Of a stretch of 64,000 bases of DNA, positions 18,845 to 27,558 are shown in pieces. Each line of letters opens with the position of its first letter. Within the stretch, counting starts at the first letter, position 1. The position numbers and the translations under genes are program-made. The stretch is from Elusimicrobiota bacterium (GTDB lineage: Bacteria > Elusimicrobiota > Elusimicrobia > FEN-1173), in NCBI GenBank assembly GCA_016706425.1, contig JADJJR010000001.1, positions 491,133 through 555,132 of the forward strand, written 5' to 3'. The notes under the pieces are model-generated. The model saw only the letters and a list, made by a program, of their open reading frames with translations, searched no databases and had not been told where the DNA came from.

Positions 18845-19267
18845 TCAGGGCGCCGGTTCGGGGAGCCGGTCCTGATCCTTAAGCCAATCGGTGAACTGGG
18901 TGTCCTGCTCGATGATGTGGTGGGTGATCCAATCCGAGACGAAAAGCGTCAGCTCCGTCGTCAGGATGATCAGCCCTTCGGCGTGCAGCTCGATGAAACG
19001 CTGGACGCGCTCGGCGAAATCGTTGTGGAGCGCGCGGTGGGCCTCGAGTCCGGGATAGCCGGCCGCGCGCATCTGTTTTTCCTCTTCGTGGAAGTGGATG
19101 CGGGTGTAGGAGGCCAAAAACGCCAGGGTTTTCGGGACAACCTCCTTCTCCGCGGGATCCACCAGCGCGTCGTGAAGGGCGTTAAGGCGGCGGAATAATT
19201 CCTGGTGTTGAGCGTCGATGGTCTTGTAACCCGTGGCGAATTTGTCCGACCAGGCGATCAATGGCAT
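18845..19267 (-). CDS. Hemerythrin-like (bacteriohemerythrin) metal-binding protein
   Basis: 140 aa from MPLIAWSDKFATGYKTIDAQHQELF...HFHEEEKQM...HNDF...DWITHHIIEQD. It carries the H/HxxxE/HxxxD iron-ligand pattern of hemerythrin. The true start has an AGGAAA RBS; the first 38 codons of the track ORF are an extension. Confidence 0.8.
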   Translation of the reverse strand: MPLIAWSDKFATGYKTIDAQHQELFRRLNALHDALVDPAEKEVVPKTLAFLASYTRIHFHEEEKQMRAAGYPGLEAHRALHNDFAERVQRFIELHAEGLIILTTELTLFVSDWITHHIIEQDTQFTDWLKDQDRLPEPAP

Positions 19268-19277
19268 GGATTTCCTC

Positions 19278-19622
19278 TCAGCCGCGAAAAATAAAGTAGA
19301 CGGCGCCCAGAACGCAAAGGCCGGCCCACACGTAATTCCATTTGAGGGGCTGGCCCATGTAATAGACCGTGAAGGGGACAAAGACCGTCAAACTCACGAC
19401 TTCCTGGAGGATTTTGAGTTGGGGAAGGGGCATCGCCCCGTGGCCGATTCGATTGGCGGGCACTTGCAGGCAGTATTCAAAAAACGCGACGCCCCAACTG
19501 ACCAGGGCGACGAAAAACCAAGGGCGGTGGGCCATGTCCTTCAAATGGGCGTACCACGCGAAGGTCATGAACAGGTTGGAGCCGATCAAAAGGCCCGTGG
19601 TCTTGAGGAACACCGGATTCAT
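19278..19622 (-). CDS. Small DMT-superfamily membrane protein (DUF486-like)
   Basis: 114 aa, MNPVFLKTTGLLIGSNLFMTFAWYAHLKD..., with 4 TM helices. It starts at an ATG with a GGAGG RBS. The upstream 86 codons of the track ORF are an artefact overlapping the opposite-strand gene. Confidence 0.65.
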   Translation of the reverse strand: MNPVFLKTTGLLIGSNLFMTFAWYAHLKDMAHRPWFFVALVSWGVAFFEYCLQVPANRIGHGAMPLPQLKILQEVVSLTVFVPFTVYYMGQPLKWNYVWAGLCVLGAVYFIFRG

Positions 19623-19725
19623 CGTGCCTCCCTGGGGCGACGCGGCGCCATTATATCTTTTGTTGTTTGCGAAACGCCCTCCGCTTTGTTTAAAATCATG
19701 GATACGATCGATTGAAGGAGGACCC

Positions 19726-20181
19726 ATGGCGCCCCAAAAGAAAAAAACGGTTCGACGTTCGGCCCCGAAGAAAAAAGCGGTGAAAAAGGCCGTCGCCCGC
19801 GCGAAAAAGCCCGCGGCGAAGAAGACGAAGAAAACCCCGGCGAAAAAGACCGCGGCCCGCGCCGCGAAGCCGGCGCGCAAGACCGCCGTGGCGGAGGCCG
19901 CCGTTCTGCCCTGGCGCCAACCCTTGGCCGGCGAAACATGGATCGGCGTGGTCGAAGACTATTTTTCCCATGTCGGGGTGATCGCGGCCACGCTCAAGGC
20001 CGCGCTCGCCGTGGGGGACAAGATTCACGTGCGCGGCCACACCACCGACATGGCCGAAACCGTGGAATCCCTCCAGATCGACCACGCGCCCGTGGCGGCG
20101 GCGGCCGCCGGGGATTCCGTGGGCATCAAGGCGATCGGCAAATGCCGTGCGGGGGATTACATTTACAAGGCCAAGGCGTGA
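19726..20181 (+). CDS. Histone H1-like Lys/Ala-rich DNA-binding N-terminal region fused to an EF-Tu domain-2-like beta-barrel
   Basis: GAAGGAGGA RBS. The N-terminal region MAPQKKKTVRRSAPKKKAVKKAVARAKKPAAKKTKKTPAKKTAARAAKPARK has H1/Hc1-like low complexity. The C-terminal region VGDKIHVRGHTTDMAETVESLQIDHAPVAAAAAGDSVGIKAIG matches the EF-Tu domain 2 barrel pattern. Confidence 0.55.
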   Translation: MAPQKKKTVRRSAPKKKAVKKAVARAKKPAAKKTKKTPAKKTAARAAKPARKTAVAEAAVLPWRQPLAGETWIGVVEDYFSHVGVIAATLKAALAVGDKIHVRGHTTDMAETVESLQIDHAPVAAAAAGDSVGIKAIGKCRAGDYIYKAKA

Positions 20182-20813
20182 CCCCGCGCGTTCGCCGCGC
20201 CGCGACCGCGGCGGGGCTCTTGACCACCCTGGCCGTCGCCGTGGCGATCGGGCGGCAGACCCCGTCCGTCGCCTCGGGCGCGCCCCCCTACCGTTGGTTG
20301 GGCCCCCCCAACGCGACGGTCGTCTTGGAGGAGTTCTCGGATTTCGAGTGCCCCAAGTGCGCCCAAGCCCAGACCGATATTAAAAATCTCCAGAACGCCG
20401 CCCCCGACCGGATCGCCCTGGTGTTTCACCACGCGCCGCTCCGCCAGCACGCGCACGCGGTTCCCGCGGCCCGGGCCGCCGAGGCGGCCGGGCTCCAGGG
20501 CAAGTTTTGGGAATACGCGGAGCGGTTGTTTGAACGCCAAAAAGAGTGGGCGCCCCACCCGCCGGTGGCGGGGCACGACCCGCGCCCTTTTCTGTTGGCC
20601 TACGCCCGGGACCTCGGCCTCGACGCGGCGCGCTTCACGGCGGACATGGACGGGACGTTGACCGCCGACCGCGTCCGTCAGGACCGGGAAACCGCCGACC
20701 GGATCGCCATCCCCGCCACGCCGACGGTGTTTGTGAAAGACCGGATGCTGGTGGGGTCCTCCCAAATCGCTTCCCTGGGCCCCCGGTTCGTGCAGTGGGC
20801 GCTGGACCAATGA
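20178..20813 (+). CDS. DsbA-family thiol:disulfide oxidoreductase (thioredoxin fold, CPKC active site)
   Basis: The GTG overlaps the preceding stop. A signal/TM segment is followed by EEFSDFECPKCAQ (CxxC). The pattern ...FHHAPL...KFWEYAERLFERQKEW is DsbA-like. Confidence 0.75.
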   Translation: MTPRVRRAATAAGLLTTLAVAVAIGRQTPSVASGAPPYRWLGPPNATVVLEEFSDFECPKCAQAQTDIKNLQNAAPDRIALVFHHAPLRQHAHAVPAARAAEAAGLQGKFWEYAERLFERQKEWAPHPPVAGHDPRPFLLAYARDLGLDAARFTADMDGTLTADRVRQDRETADRIAIPATPTVFVKDRMLVGSSQIASLGPRFVQWALDQ

Positions 20814-21292
20814 CCCCGCGCGTCCGCACCGGGGTGGGTTTGGCGGCGGCCGTCCTTCGGATTTTGCCGGGAGCCGTTCTGGTGTTTTCCGGATTTCTGA
20901 AGGCCATCCGGCCCCCCGAGGAATTCGCCGCCCTGCTGTCCGATTATTGGATCCTGCCGCCGGCCTTGCTTGTGCCCTTGGCCCGGGGGGTGCCCTGGGT
21001 GGAAATGTGGGTCGGTCTTTGCCTGTTGACGGGGTTCGGCGTGCGTCGCGCGGCGACGGCCGCGGCGGTCCTGTACGGGGCCTTCATCGTTTTCCTGGCG
21101 CAGTCCTTGCTCCGCCAATTGCCCATGAACGACTGCGGCTGTTTCGGTCGCCTCGGCCCGGCCCTGCGGCCGGCGCAAACCCTGGTCATGGACATCGTTC
21201 TGGGGGCCCTGTGCGTTTTGGCGGCCTGGGACCGCGAGGCGCGCTTCAGCCTCGACCGTTGGATCGATCCCGCGCGGTTCAATAAAAATTGA
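20810..21292 (+). CDS. MauE/DoxX-family membrane protein (typical partner of DsbA-like proteins)
   Basis: 160 aa with 4 TM helices. A Cys pair in the MNDCGCFG motif is characteristic of MauE-like proteins. The ATG overlaps the upstream stop. Confidence 0.6.
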   Translation: MTPRVRTGVGLAAAVLRILPGAVLVFSGFLKAIRPPEEFAALLSDYWILPPALLVPLARGVPWVEMWVGLCLLTGFGVRRAATAAAVLYGAFIVFLAQSLLRQLPMNDCGCFGRLGPALRPAQTLVMDIVLGALCVLAAWDREARFSLDRWIDPARFNKN

Positions 21293-22569
21293 ACCGCCCC
21301 CGTTTCGCCCTGCGCCTCCTCGTCGTGGGGACGCTCGCCCTTTCCGCCTGCGCCCGCAACCCCGTCACCAACCGGGCGCAAACCAAACTCATTTCCGAAG
21401 CCACCGAGCGGCAAATCGGCGCGGAGACCAAAAAAAACCTTCTCAAGGAATACGGCGAAATCAAAGACCCGGTGGTGCGCCAATACGTCGCCAACCTGGG
21501 CCGCCGTCTCGTGGCCGTCAGCGATCGACCGCGCCTTCCCTACGAGTTCACGGTGCTCGACGCCGATTTGGTCAACGCCTTCGCCGCCCCCGGCGGCTAC
21601 ATTTTCGTGACGCGGGGTTTGTTGGAGGAGGTTGAAAACGAGGCGGAGTTGGCGTCGGTGCTGGCCCACGAGATCGTGCACGTGGCGGGTTGGCATTCCA
21701 TCGGGATGATCCAACGCCAAATGGGGATGGGCACCCTGACGACCCTCGGGGCCATCGCCTCGGGGGTGAGCCTCGGCCCCGAAGCCATGCTCCTGGTGAT
21801 GCAGACCGGGCAACTGTTCACCGGCCTTTACTTGTTGGGGTACAGTCGGGAGCACGAGTTGGAGGCCGACCGGGTGGGGCTGCGTTACATGCTTTCGGCG
21901 CGCTACGACCCGGAGGCGGCCCTGAGTTTCTTTGAGCGTTTGGCGACCCTGGAGAAAAAAGAAGGGCCCGATGAGTGGGAACCCTACCTGCGCTCCCACC
22001 CGCCCACCGAACAACGCATTCGGGAAGCCAAAGCCTATCTCAACAGGCCGTATTTTTTCAGGCGGGAAACCGAGCGCGGCGAGCGCGTTTACCGGGAGCT
22101 CAAGAGCCGCTTGCCCCGCTTGAAGCCCGAAGAACGGGGGGAAATCAAGGGGCGACGGTTCGAGCTGGCGCAACAGGGCGTGGTGCTGACGATCCCGGAG
22201 GGGTTTTCCTGGGAACCGGTGGGCGCGACCACCCTGGTGGCGTTCCGTCGGGACGGCGGCGAGGCCTTTGGCGAGCTCCGACGGGAGGTCCTGACCGAGA
22301 CCTTGACCCCCGAAGAATTCGCAAAAAAATTCTCCGAAGACCGGAAGTGGCGGTTCCTCCAGGGGCGTCCCGTCCTTTACCCCGCCGGGTACGGTTACCT
22401 GGGCCAATTCGCCGGACCGAGCGCCCTGGGCGGCCTTTACGTGTTCCGGGGCCTCTTTTTGGTCCGGGACGGGGCCGGGTGGGCGGTTTTGTTCGCCGCC
22501 AAACCGGACCGGGCCTTTGAATCCCTCGTTCCCGCCGAACAAATTTTCCGCGGTTTCGAGCTTCGTTAG
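21289..22569 (+). CDS. M48-family zinc metalloprotease (BepA/HtpX-like, periplasmic)
   Basis: Signal peptide or lipobox (LALSAC). HExxH occurs in ELASVLAHEIVHVAGWHS. The third ligand lies in GYSREHELEADRVGLRYM, the M48 signature. Confidence 0.8.
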   Translation: MNRPRFALRLLVVGTLALSACARNPVTNRAQTKLISEATERQIGAETKKNLLKEYGEIKDPVVRQYVANLGRRLVAVSDRPRLPYEFTVLDADLVNAFAAPGGYIFVTRGLLEEVENEAELASVLAHEIVHVAGWHSIGMIQRQMGMGTLTTLGAIASGVSLGPEAMLLVMQTGQLFTGLYLLGYSREHELEADRVGLRYMLSARYDPEAALSFFERLATLEKKEGPDEWEPYLRSHPPTEQRIREAKAYLNRPYFFRRETERGERVYRELKSRLPRLKPEERGEIKGRRFELAQQGVVLTIPEGFSWEPVGATTLVAFRRDGGEAFGELRREVLTETLTPEEFAKKFSEDRKWRFLQGRPVLYPAGYGYLGQFAGPSALGGLYVFRGLFLVRDGAGWAVLFAAKPDRAFESLVPAEQIFRGFELR

Positions 22570-22642
22570 AGGGAGTCCCGGCCCGGGGCGGGGGCCTTGG
22601 GTGTCGGCGGAACCGGCCCGGCTTTGCTATAATGCGATCGCG

Positions 22643-22715
22643 GCCGAGGTAGCTCAGTCGGTAGAGCACAGGTCTGAAAAACCTGGTGTCGTCAGTTCGA
22701 TTCTGACCCTCGGCA
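22643..22715 (+). tRNA. tRNA-Phe (anticodon GAA)
   Basis: A 73-nt cloverleaf: the acceptor stem GCCGAGG pairs with CCTCGGC. The D-arm is GCTCAGTCGGTAGAGC. The anticodon stem-loop is CAGGT-CTGAAAA-ACCTG with GAA at positions 34-36. The T-arm is GTCAG-TTCGATT-CTGAC and the discriminator is A. There is no encoded CCA. The sequence is near-identical in architecture to canonical bacterial tRNA-Phe. Confidence 0.85.
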
Positions 22716-22725
22716 CATTTTAAAA

Positions 22726-22780
22726 CAAGTCGGCTTCGGACCGCGGACCGCGTCCTCCGGGCCGACTTTTCCATTTTTAT
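22726..22780 (+). terminator. Possible terminator hairpin downstream of tRNA-Phe
   Basis: An 8-bp stem pairs AAGTCGGC (22727-22734) with GCCGACTT (22761-22768). The loop is GC-rich and structured. TTCCATTTTT follows. Confidence 0.3.
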
Positions 22781-23255
22781 GGCTTGGCCCCCGCACGTTT
22801 TTGAATCGGCGTTCCTTTTGCCCCGGCCCCGGTCGGAGGTCTTTCCCTTTTTCGCCAACGCCGAAAATCTTGAGCGCCTGACTCCCCGGGAACTCCGTTT
22901 CAAAATCCTCACCCCCACGCCCATCACGATTCAAACGGGGGCCCTCATCGATTACCGGATACGGCTTTTTGGTTTTCCGCTTCGCTGGCGGACCGGAATC
23001 TCCCTCTGGAACCCGCCTTTTGAATTCGTCGACACCCAATTGAAGGGGCCCTACGCCCAATGGGTCCACCATCATGTGTTCGATGAAAAAGGGCCCCGCG
23101 AAACCCGGATAAGGGACCGCGTGACGTACCGGCTGCCTTTGGATCCCTTGGGACGTGTGGGCCTGCCCTTGGTGCGCCGCGAATTGAAGCGCATTTTCGA
23201 ATTCCGCCGCCGCGCGGTGGCCGATGCCTTCGGGGTCGATGCGCGCCCGTGTTGA
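22779..23255 (+). CDS. SRPBCC-superfamily (polyketide cyclase/dehydrase-like) protein
   Basis: 158 aa with Bet v1-like fold hallmarks. It is co-oriented with, and overlaps, the photolyase gene. Such a small SRPBCC gene is commonly found 5' of phr genes. Confidence 0.55.
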   Translation: MAWPPHVFESAFLLPRPRSEVFPFFANAENLERLTPRELRFKILTPTPITIQTGALIDYRIRLFGFPLRWRTGISLWNPPFEFVDTQLKGPYAQWVHHHVFDEKGPRETRIRDRVTYRLPLDPLGRVGLPLVRRELKRIFEFRRRAVADAFGVDARPC

Positions 23256-24607
23256 AACCCTTTCCCGCCTCGCGACGGGTCCGCGCCCTCAACGCCGCGC
23301 CTCCCGGTCCCGGGCCGGTGGTCTATTGGATGAGTCGTGACCAACGCGTGGCCGCCAATTGGGCCCTGTTGCACGCGCGGGCGCTGGCGGGGGAGCGGGG
23401 CGTGCCCCTGGGGGTCGTCTTTTGCTTGACCGAAAACTTCCCCGGCGCCACCCGCCGGGCCTACGATTTTATGCTGGGCGGCCTGGAGGCGTTGGAGGCG
23501 CGTCTCGCCGCCCTTAAAATCCCGTTTTTCCTTTTGATCGGGGACCCGCCGGCGACGTTGGCCGCCTTTGTCGTCAAAAACAAAATCGGCGCCGTGGTGA
23601 CGGATTTCGATCCCCTTCGAATCAAACGACGATGGAAATCGCGTTTGGCGGAAACCCTTCCTGTGGCCTTCATCGAGGTGGACGCCCACAACGTCGTGCC
23701 CGCTTGGGTGGCGTCCCCCAAACGGGAATACGGGGCCCACACCCTGCGGCCCAAAATCCATAAGTTGTTGGAGGAATTCCTGACGGATTTTCCGCCGTTG
23801 GCGGCGGCGACCGTTCCCTGGACGACGCCGGTTCCCCGGGTGAATTGGGCGCGCGTGAAGGTCGCCCCGCGGGTGGACGAGCGGGTGGGCCCGGTGGCGC
23901 GCTGGACGCCGGGGGAGGCGGCGGGCGCAAAAAAGATGGGGCGGTTCCTGACCGATGGTCTGTCCGCCTACGCGGAACAACGCAACGACCCGACGCGCGC
24001 GGGCCCATCGGATCTGTCGCCCTATTTGCACTTCGGTCAGGTTTCGGCGCAAAAATTGGCTTGGGAGGTTCGCCGCCGGGCGCTCGACACCCCGTCGGGG
24101 GGCGCCTTTCTGGAGGAGTTGATCGTTCGCCGGGAGTTGGCGGACAATTTTTGTTGGTACAACGAGCGCTACGACGCCTTCGAGGGGTTCCCCGATTGGG
24201 CGAAAAAAACCCTCAACGCCCACCGGCGCGACAAGCGGGCTTGGCTCTACACCCGCGCGCAATTTGAAAACGCGGCGACCCACGACGCCCTTTGGAACGC
24301 CGCCCAACGGGAAATGGTCGTCAAGGGGAAAACCCACGGCTATATGCGGATGTACTGGGCGAAGAAAATCTTGGAATGGTCGGAGAGTCCTGAAGAGGCC
24401 CTGGCGACCGCCATTGAGCTCAACGACCGCTACGAACTTGACGGGCGGGACCCCAACGGGTACGCGGGCGTGGCCTGGTCCATCGGCGGCGTCCACGACC
24501 GGCCCTGGTTCGACCGCCCGGTATACGGCCAAATTCGTTACATGAGCGAAGGGGGATGCCGCTCGAAATTCAATGTCGACCGTTACATCGCGACCGTCGA
24601 TGAATAG
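23249..24607 (+). CDS. phr: Class II CPD deoxyribodipyrimidine photolyase
   Basis: 452 aa. [20 protein letters not shown] (N-terminal alpha/beta domain) and C-terminal [15 protein letters not shown]...[17 protein letters not shown] are class II photolyase signatures. Confidence 0.85.
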   Translation: MLKPFPASRRVRALNAAPPGPGPVVYWMSRDQRVAANWALLHARALAGERGVPLGVVFCLTENFPGATRRAYDFMLGGLEALEARLAALKIPFFLLIGDPPATLAAFVVKNKIGAVVTDFDPLRIKRRWKSRLAETLPVAFIEVDAHNVVPAWVASPKREYGAHTLRPKIHKLLEEFLTDFPPLAAATVPWTTPVPRVNWARVKVAPRVDERVGPVARWTPGEAAGAKKMGRFLTDGLSAYAEQRNDPTRAGPSDLSPYLHFGQVSAQKLAWEVRRRALDTPSGGAFLEELIVRRELADNFCWYNERYDAFEGFPDWAKKTLNAHRRDKRAWLYTRAQFENAATHDALWNAAQREMVVKGKTHGYMRMYWAKKILEWSESPEEALATAIELNDRYELDGRDPNGYAGVAWSIGGVHDRPWFDRPVYGQIRYMSEGGCRSKFNVDRYIATVDE

Positions 24608-24747
24608 TCCTTTGTTTCTTGGGGCCCCTGTCTGATCCGGTTTCCGAACAGAAGAACCATTGAAAATACCCCCTCCCGGGGGTAGGCTTTAATAGGGGTT
24701 TCCATGGCGGCAACGGTCGGAAAAAACTGTTGGTTTCTGAGGGGATT

Positions 24748-26745
24748 ATGAGCCAGAATCGCGGCGTTTTGGGACAAAAGAATCACGGAGTTACCCTCTT
24801 CGAAGTGGTTATTTCCATGGCCGTGATCGGCATTATGATTATTGTCTTCGTGGGATCGTTGCGTGTCGCCTCGACCAGCATGGTGAAAAGTCGAGAACTC
24901 ATTCGGCGCAGCCGCGTGGCCAAACACACCTACACCCAAGTAAAAGCCATGAATTTTTTTGACCTCTTTTCGTGCGATTCTTCGCTCCCTCAATACGGGT
25001 TTCTCTCCATCGCCGATGGCGGTCTCCATTCCCGGGCGTACAACGGCATTAACGCGACGTCTTTCGCCGATTTTAAGAGCTCCGCTTCCCTGTTGGCCGT
25101 TCAGGCATCGGTGGAAGAAAACGGCTTCGGCCATTTTGATCTGACCGTTGAGCACATGCGCAGAGACAAAACAGCGAGTGTGACGCCCGGCGTCGTCACG
25201 AATTTGGTCCCCTTCGCGGACTCTCTGCTCACCATTGTCCCCATTCCCCCCGCCGCCCTGACCAATTACACGACCGGGGACGGCTACGACGACTTGGACG
25301 CCGGCATCCGATACAATGATTGGAACGGCGACGGTGATTATTACGACAGTTGGTTGGTGTTTTATGTTAATCCGCCCATAGGCGCTCTGCCGCCCGACAC
25401 GTTCGTCGTTCCCCCGGCTTTTATGGGTGTGGGCCCTCAGATTTACGCCTTGCACTCGAAGGACGAGATTCCCGGGGGCAGCGTTTTCCTCAATATAGTG
25501 CCGTCGCGGATCGTCGAGATGCCGGACACGCGCTTGAAACGGGTGACCTTTCGTTTGTGGAACAGGAAGGGGGGGCTGGTGTCGACGGAAGTCTGGTTGA
25601 TCTCCGAAAAGGACATCACCGGGGAAACCACGGACGACATGGAGTCCCCGCTGCTCTTGGACGTCACGAACCCGCTCCCCGGCATTTTCCTCTTTGAAAG
25701 GATGAATCTTCTCCAAATCAACGCCCTGGATCTGCCGATCAACAACAGTTACGCGGCGAGCAATATTTCCGTGCGGGCCGATGCGGGCCAACCTCTGGTT
25801 GTCACGGGGAAAACCGGACCTTTGGCGAACGTTTTCCTCAGCAGCGCGCCCTATTGGACTCCGGGGTTTATCCTTTCTGTCTTGGACAACGGGTCCGCGG
25901 ACGTTTTGGGGGCCTTTTCCATCCCCGCCAACAACATCTCTTTGAACATTGTCGAAGGCACCAACACTCTGGGCGGAATCGCCCAAAACCCCGTCAGCGG
26001 GGCTCTTTCGCCCTTTTGGAAGGTGAACGTCACTTATGACCGCCGGGCTCCGGTTTTTGATCCGGGGGCCGAAATCCCCACCGACAACACCGCGGTCGTA
26101 ACACGAACGCCCTTTGTCGGCGTTCGTTTTTTTGATGACACCGCGTTCACCCCCGCGGTCGCGGGAATCGCGCGCGAAACGGTATGGGTCGGGACCGGTC
26201 CCGCGGCCGTCTCCATCAGCACGACGACGGGGCTGTACATGGACAACTGGGCCGTTTACAGCGACAGCTGGGTGGTTGTGGCCAGCTCCGTGTCGGGATT
26301 GATTGAGCCGCTTCCGAACGGGGCCTGGGTTTATGTCAAGGCGGAAGGCGGGGACCGGGCCGGGTACAAGGCCGACAAGTCCTGGAGGTTTTTTGTCAAC
26401 AGCAACCCGGCCGATGTAACACCGCCGGACATTGACACCATCAACATCGCGCCCGGATATCCAACGGAGATCTCCTGCCACATCTACGACAATCAATCCG
26501 GCGTGGACTGGCGGACGGTGGATTTGACGGTGCGCGATTCGGCGCTGAATGTGAAAGCACGGGTCAACAGGGTGTCCACCCCGCGCATGGCCGATTATTT
26601 CAACCCGATGACGGTGCCCAACGGGGGGGTCCTGGTCTTTCGGTCAACGGAGCCCTGGAGCGCCGGGAATTACACGGCGACGATCTCCGCGGAAAATTTT
26701 AACGGGATCAGTTTCAGCGTCTCCCCGGGTTTTGTGGTGCCATAA
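24748..26745 (+). CDS. Large (about 665 aa) prepilin-type protein: class III (type IV pilin-like) signal peptide followed by a long beta-rich domain
   Basis: The N-terminus MSQNRGVLGQKNHG|VTLFEVVISMAVIGIMIIVFVG has Gly at -1, Glu at +5 and a hydrophobic helix (prepilin peptidase motif). The remainder is Thr, Ser, Asn and Val-rich. The ATG at 24748 is preferred over the upstream TTG of the track ORF. Confidence 0.6.
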   Translation: MSQNRGVLGQKNHGVTLFEVVISMAVIGIMIIVFVGSLRVASTSMVKSRELIRRSRVAKHTYTQVKAMNFFDLFSCDSSLPQYGFLSIADGGLHSRAYNGINATSFADFKSSASLLAVQASVEENGFGHFDLTVEHMRRDKTASVTPGVVTNLVPFADSLLTIVPIPPAALTNYTTGDGYDDLDAGIRYNDWNGDGDYYDSWLVFYVNPPIGALPPDTFVVPPAFMGVGPQIYALHSKDEIPGGSVFLNIVPSRIVEMPDTRLKRVTFRLWNRKGGLVSTEVWLISEKDITGETTDDMESPLLLDVTNPLPGIFLFERMNLLQINALDLPINNSYAASNISVRADAGQPLVVTGKTGPLANVFLSSAPYWTPGFILSVLDNGSADVLGAFSIPANNISLNIVEGTNTLGGIAQNPVSGALSPFWKVNVTYDRRAPVFDPGAEIPTDNTAVVTRTPFVGVRFFDDTAFTPAVAGIARETVWVGTGPAAVSISTTTGLYMDNWAVYSDSWVVVASSVSGLIEPLPNGAWVYVKAEGGDRAGYKADKSWRFFVNSNPADVTPPDIDTINIAPGYPTEISCHIYDNQSGVDWRTVDLTVRDSALNVKARVNRVSTPRMADYFNPMTVPNGGVLVFRSTEPWSAGNYTATISAENFNGISFSVSPGFVVP

Positions 26746-26757
26746 AAGGAGCGACGA

Positions 26758-27558
26758 TTGAAACCGACCAACCGAGGCGTCACTTTGGTGGAATTGACAA
26801 TCGTATCCGCCCTCGTCGCCGTATTGGCCGTTTTCGCCGGTCGGATCCTCACCGGGGGCACGCGGACCACGGTGCGGTGGACCTTGAGCGCCGACGCCAT
26901 GGAAAAAACCCAGGTGGCCTTAACCAAAATTGAATTTGACCTGGAGGAAATGACGGTGGTGTCTTCCAGCACCCCCCGGTTCCTTGAATTTCAATTGGAT
27001 TCGAACCGATTGCCCGGGTATAACCCAACCGGGGACTTCGACGCCGACGGATTGACCAACGAATTCGACGTGGACGACGACGCCGATATGATCGGGGTGG
27101 GGGGCGTTCCCATCCCCGCCACCGACATGAACGGGAACGACCTCTGGGACCAAGACGACGACAACGATGGGAACATCGATGTCCAATGCCGTTATTACAT
27201 CGACGCGAACCAAAATTTGGTTCGGGATTTCAATTACCAGGAATCGGGATGGGGCAACAACGTTGAAATTCTGTTGGATTCAATTTCCGGTTCCATTTTC
27301 AAATATTTTGGATCCGTCAACCAAATTCCCGGGCCCAGCGCGGACAGCAATCGAGACAACATCGTGACCTGGCAGGAAATCGATCAAAACCCCGCGACCG
27401 GCAACAGCAACGGAGTGATCGACACCACCGCGGAGCGGCTTTACATCAATTCAATCAGCGTCCACTTGGTTATAGATAAAAACAACGACACGCTCCCCGA
27501 TTTTTCGACGGAGCTTCGGATTCGTCCGCCGTTGTTGATGGTCAACCGGAGGGTGTGA
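26758..27558 (+). CDS. Prepilin-type (pseudopilin-like) protein with Asp-rich calcium-binding-type repeats
   Basis: The N-terminus MKPTNRG|VTLVELTIVSALVAVLAVFAG is a class III signal. Repeated DxDxDG-like motifs occur (DFDADGLTNEFDVDDDADMIGVGG...DLWDQDDDNDGNIDV). AAGGAG precedes a TTG start. Confidence 0.6.
   Translation: MKPTNRGVTLVELTIVSALVAVLAVFAGRILTGGTRTTVRWTLSADAMEKTQVALTKIEFDLEEMTVVSSSTPRFLEFQLDSNRLPGYNPTGDFDADGLTNEFDVDDDADMIGVGGVPIPATDMNGNDLWDQDDDNDGNIDVQCRYYIDANQNLVRDFNYQESGWGNNVEILLDSISGSIFKYFGSVNQIPGPSADSNRDNIVTWQEIDQNPATGNSNGVIDTTAERLYINSISVHLVIDKNNDTLPDFSTELRIRPPLLMVNRRV

Noticed and set aside
22517-22723. 68-aa ORF overlapping tRNA-Phe
   Set aside because: It lies entirely across a canonical tRNA cloverleaf. 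It is an artefact.
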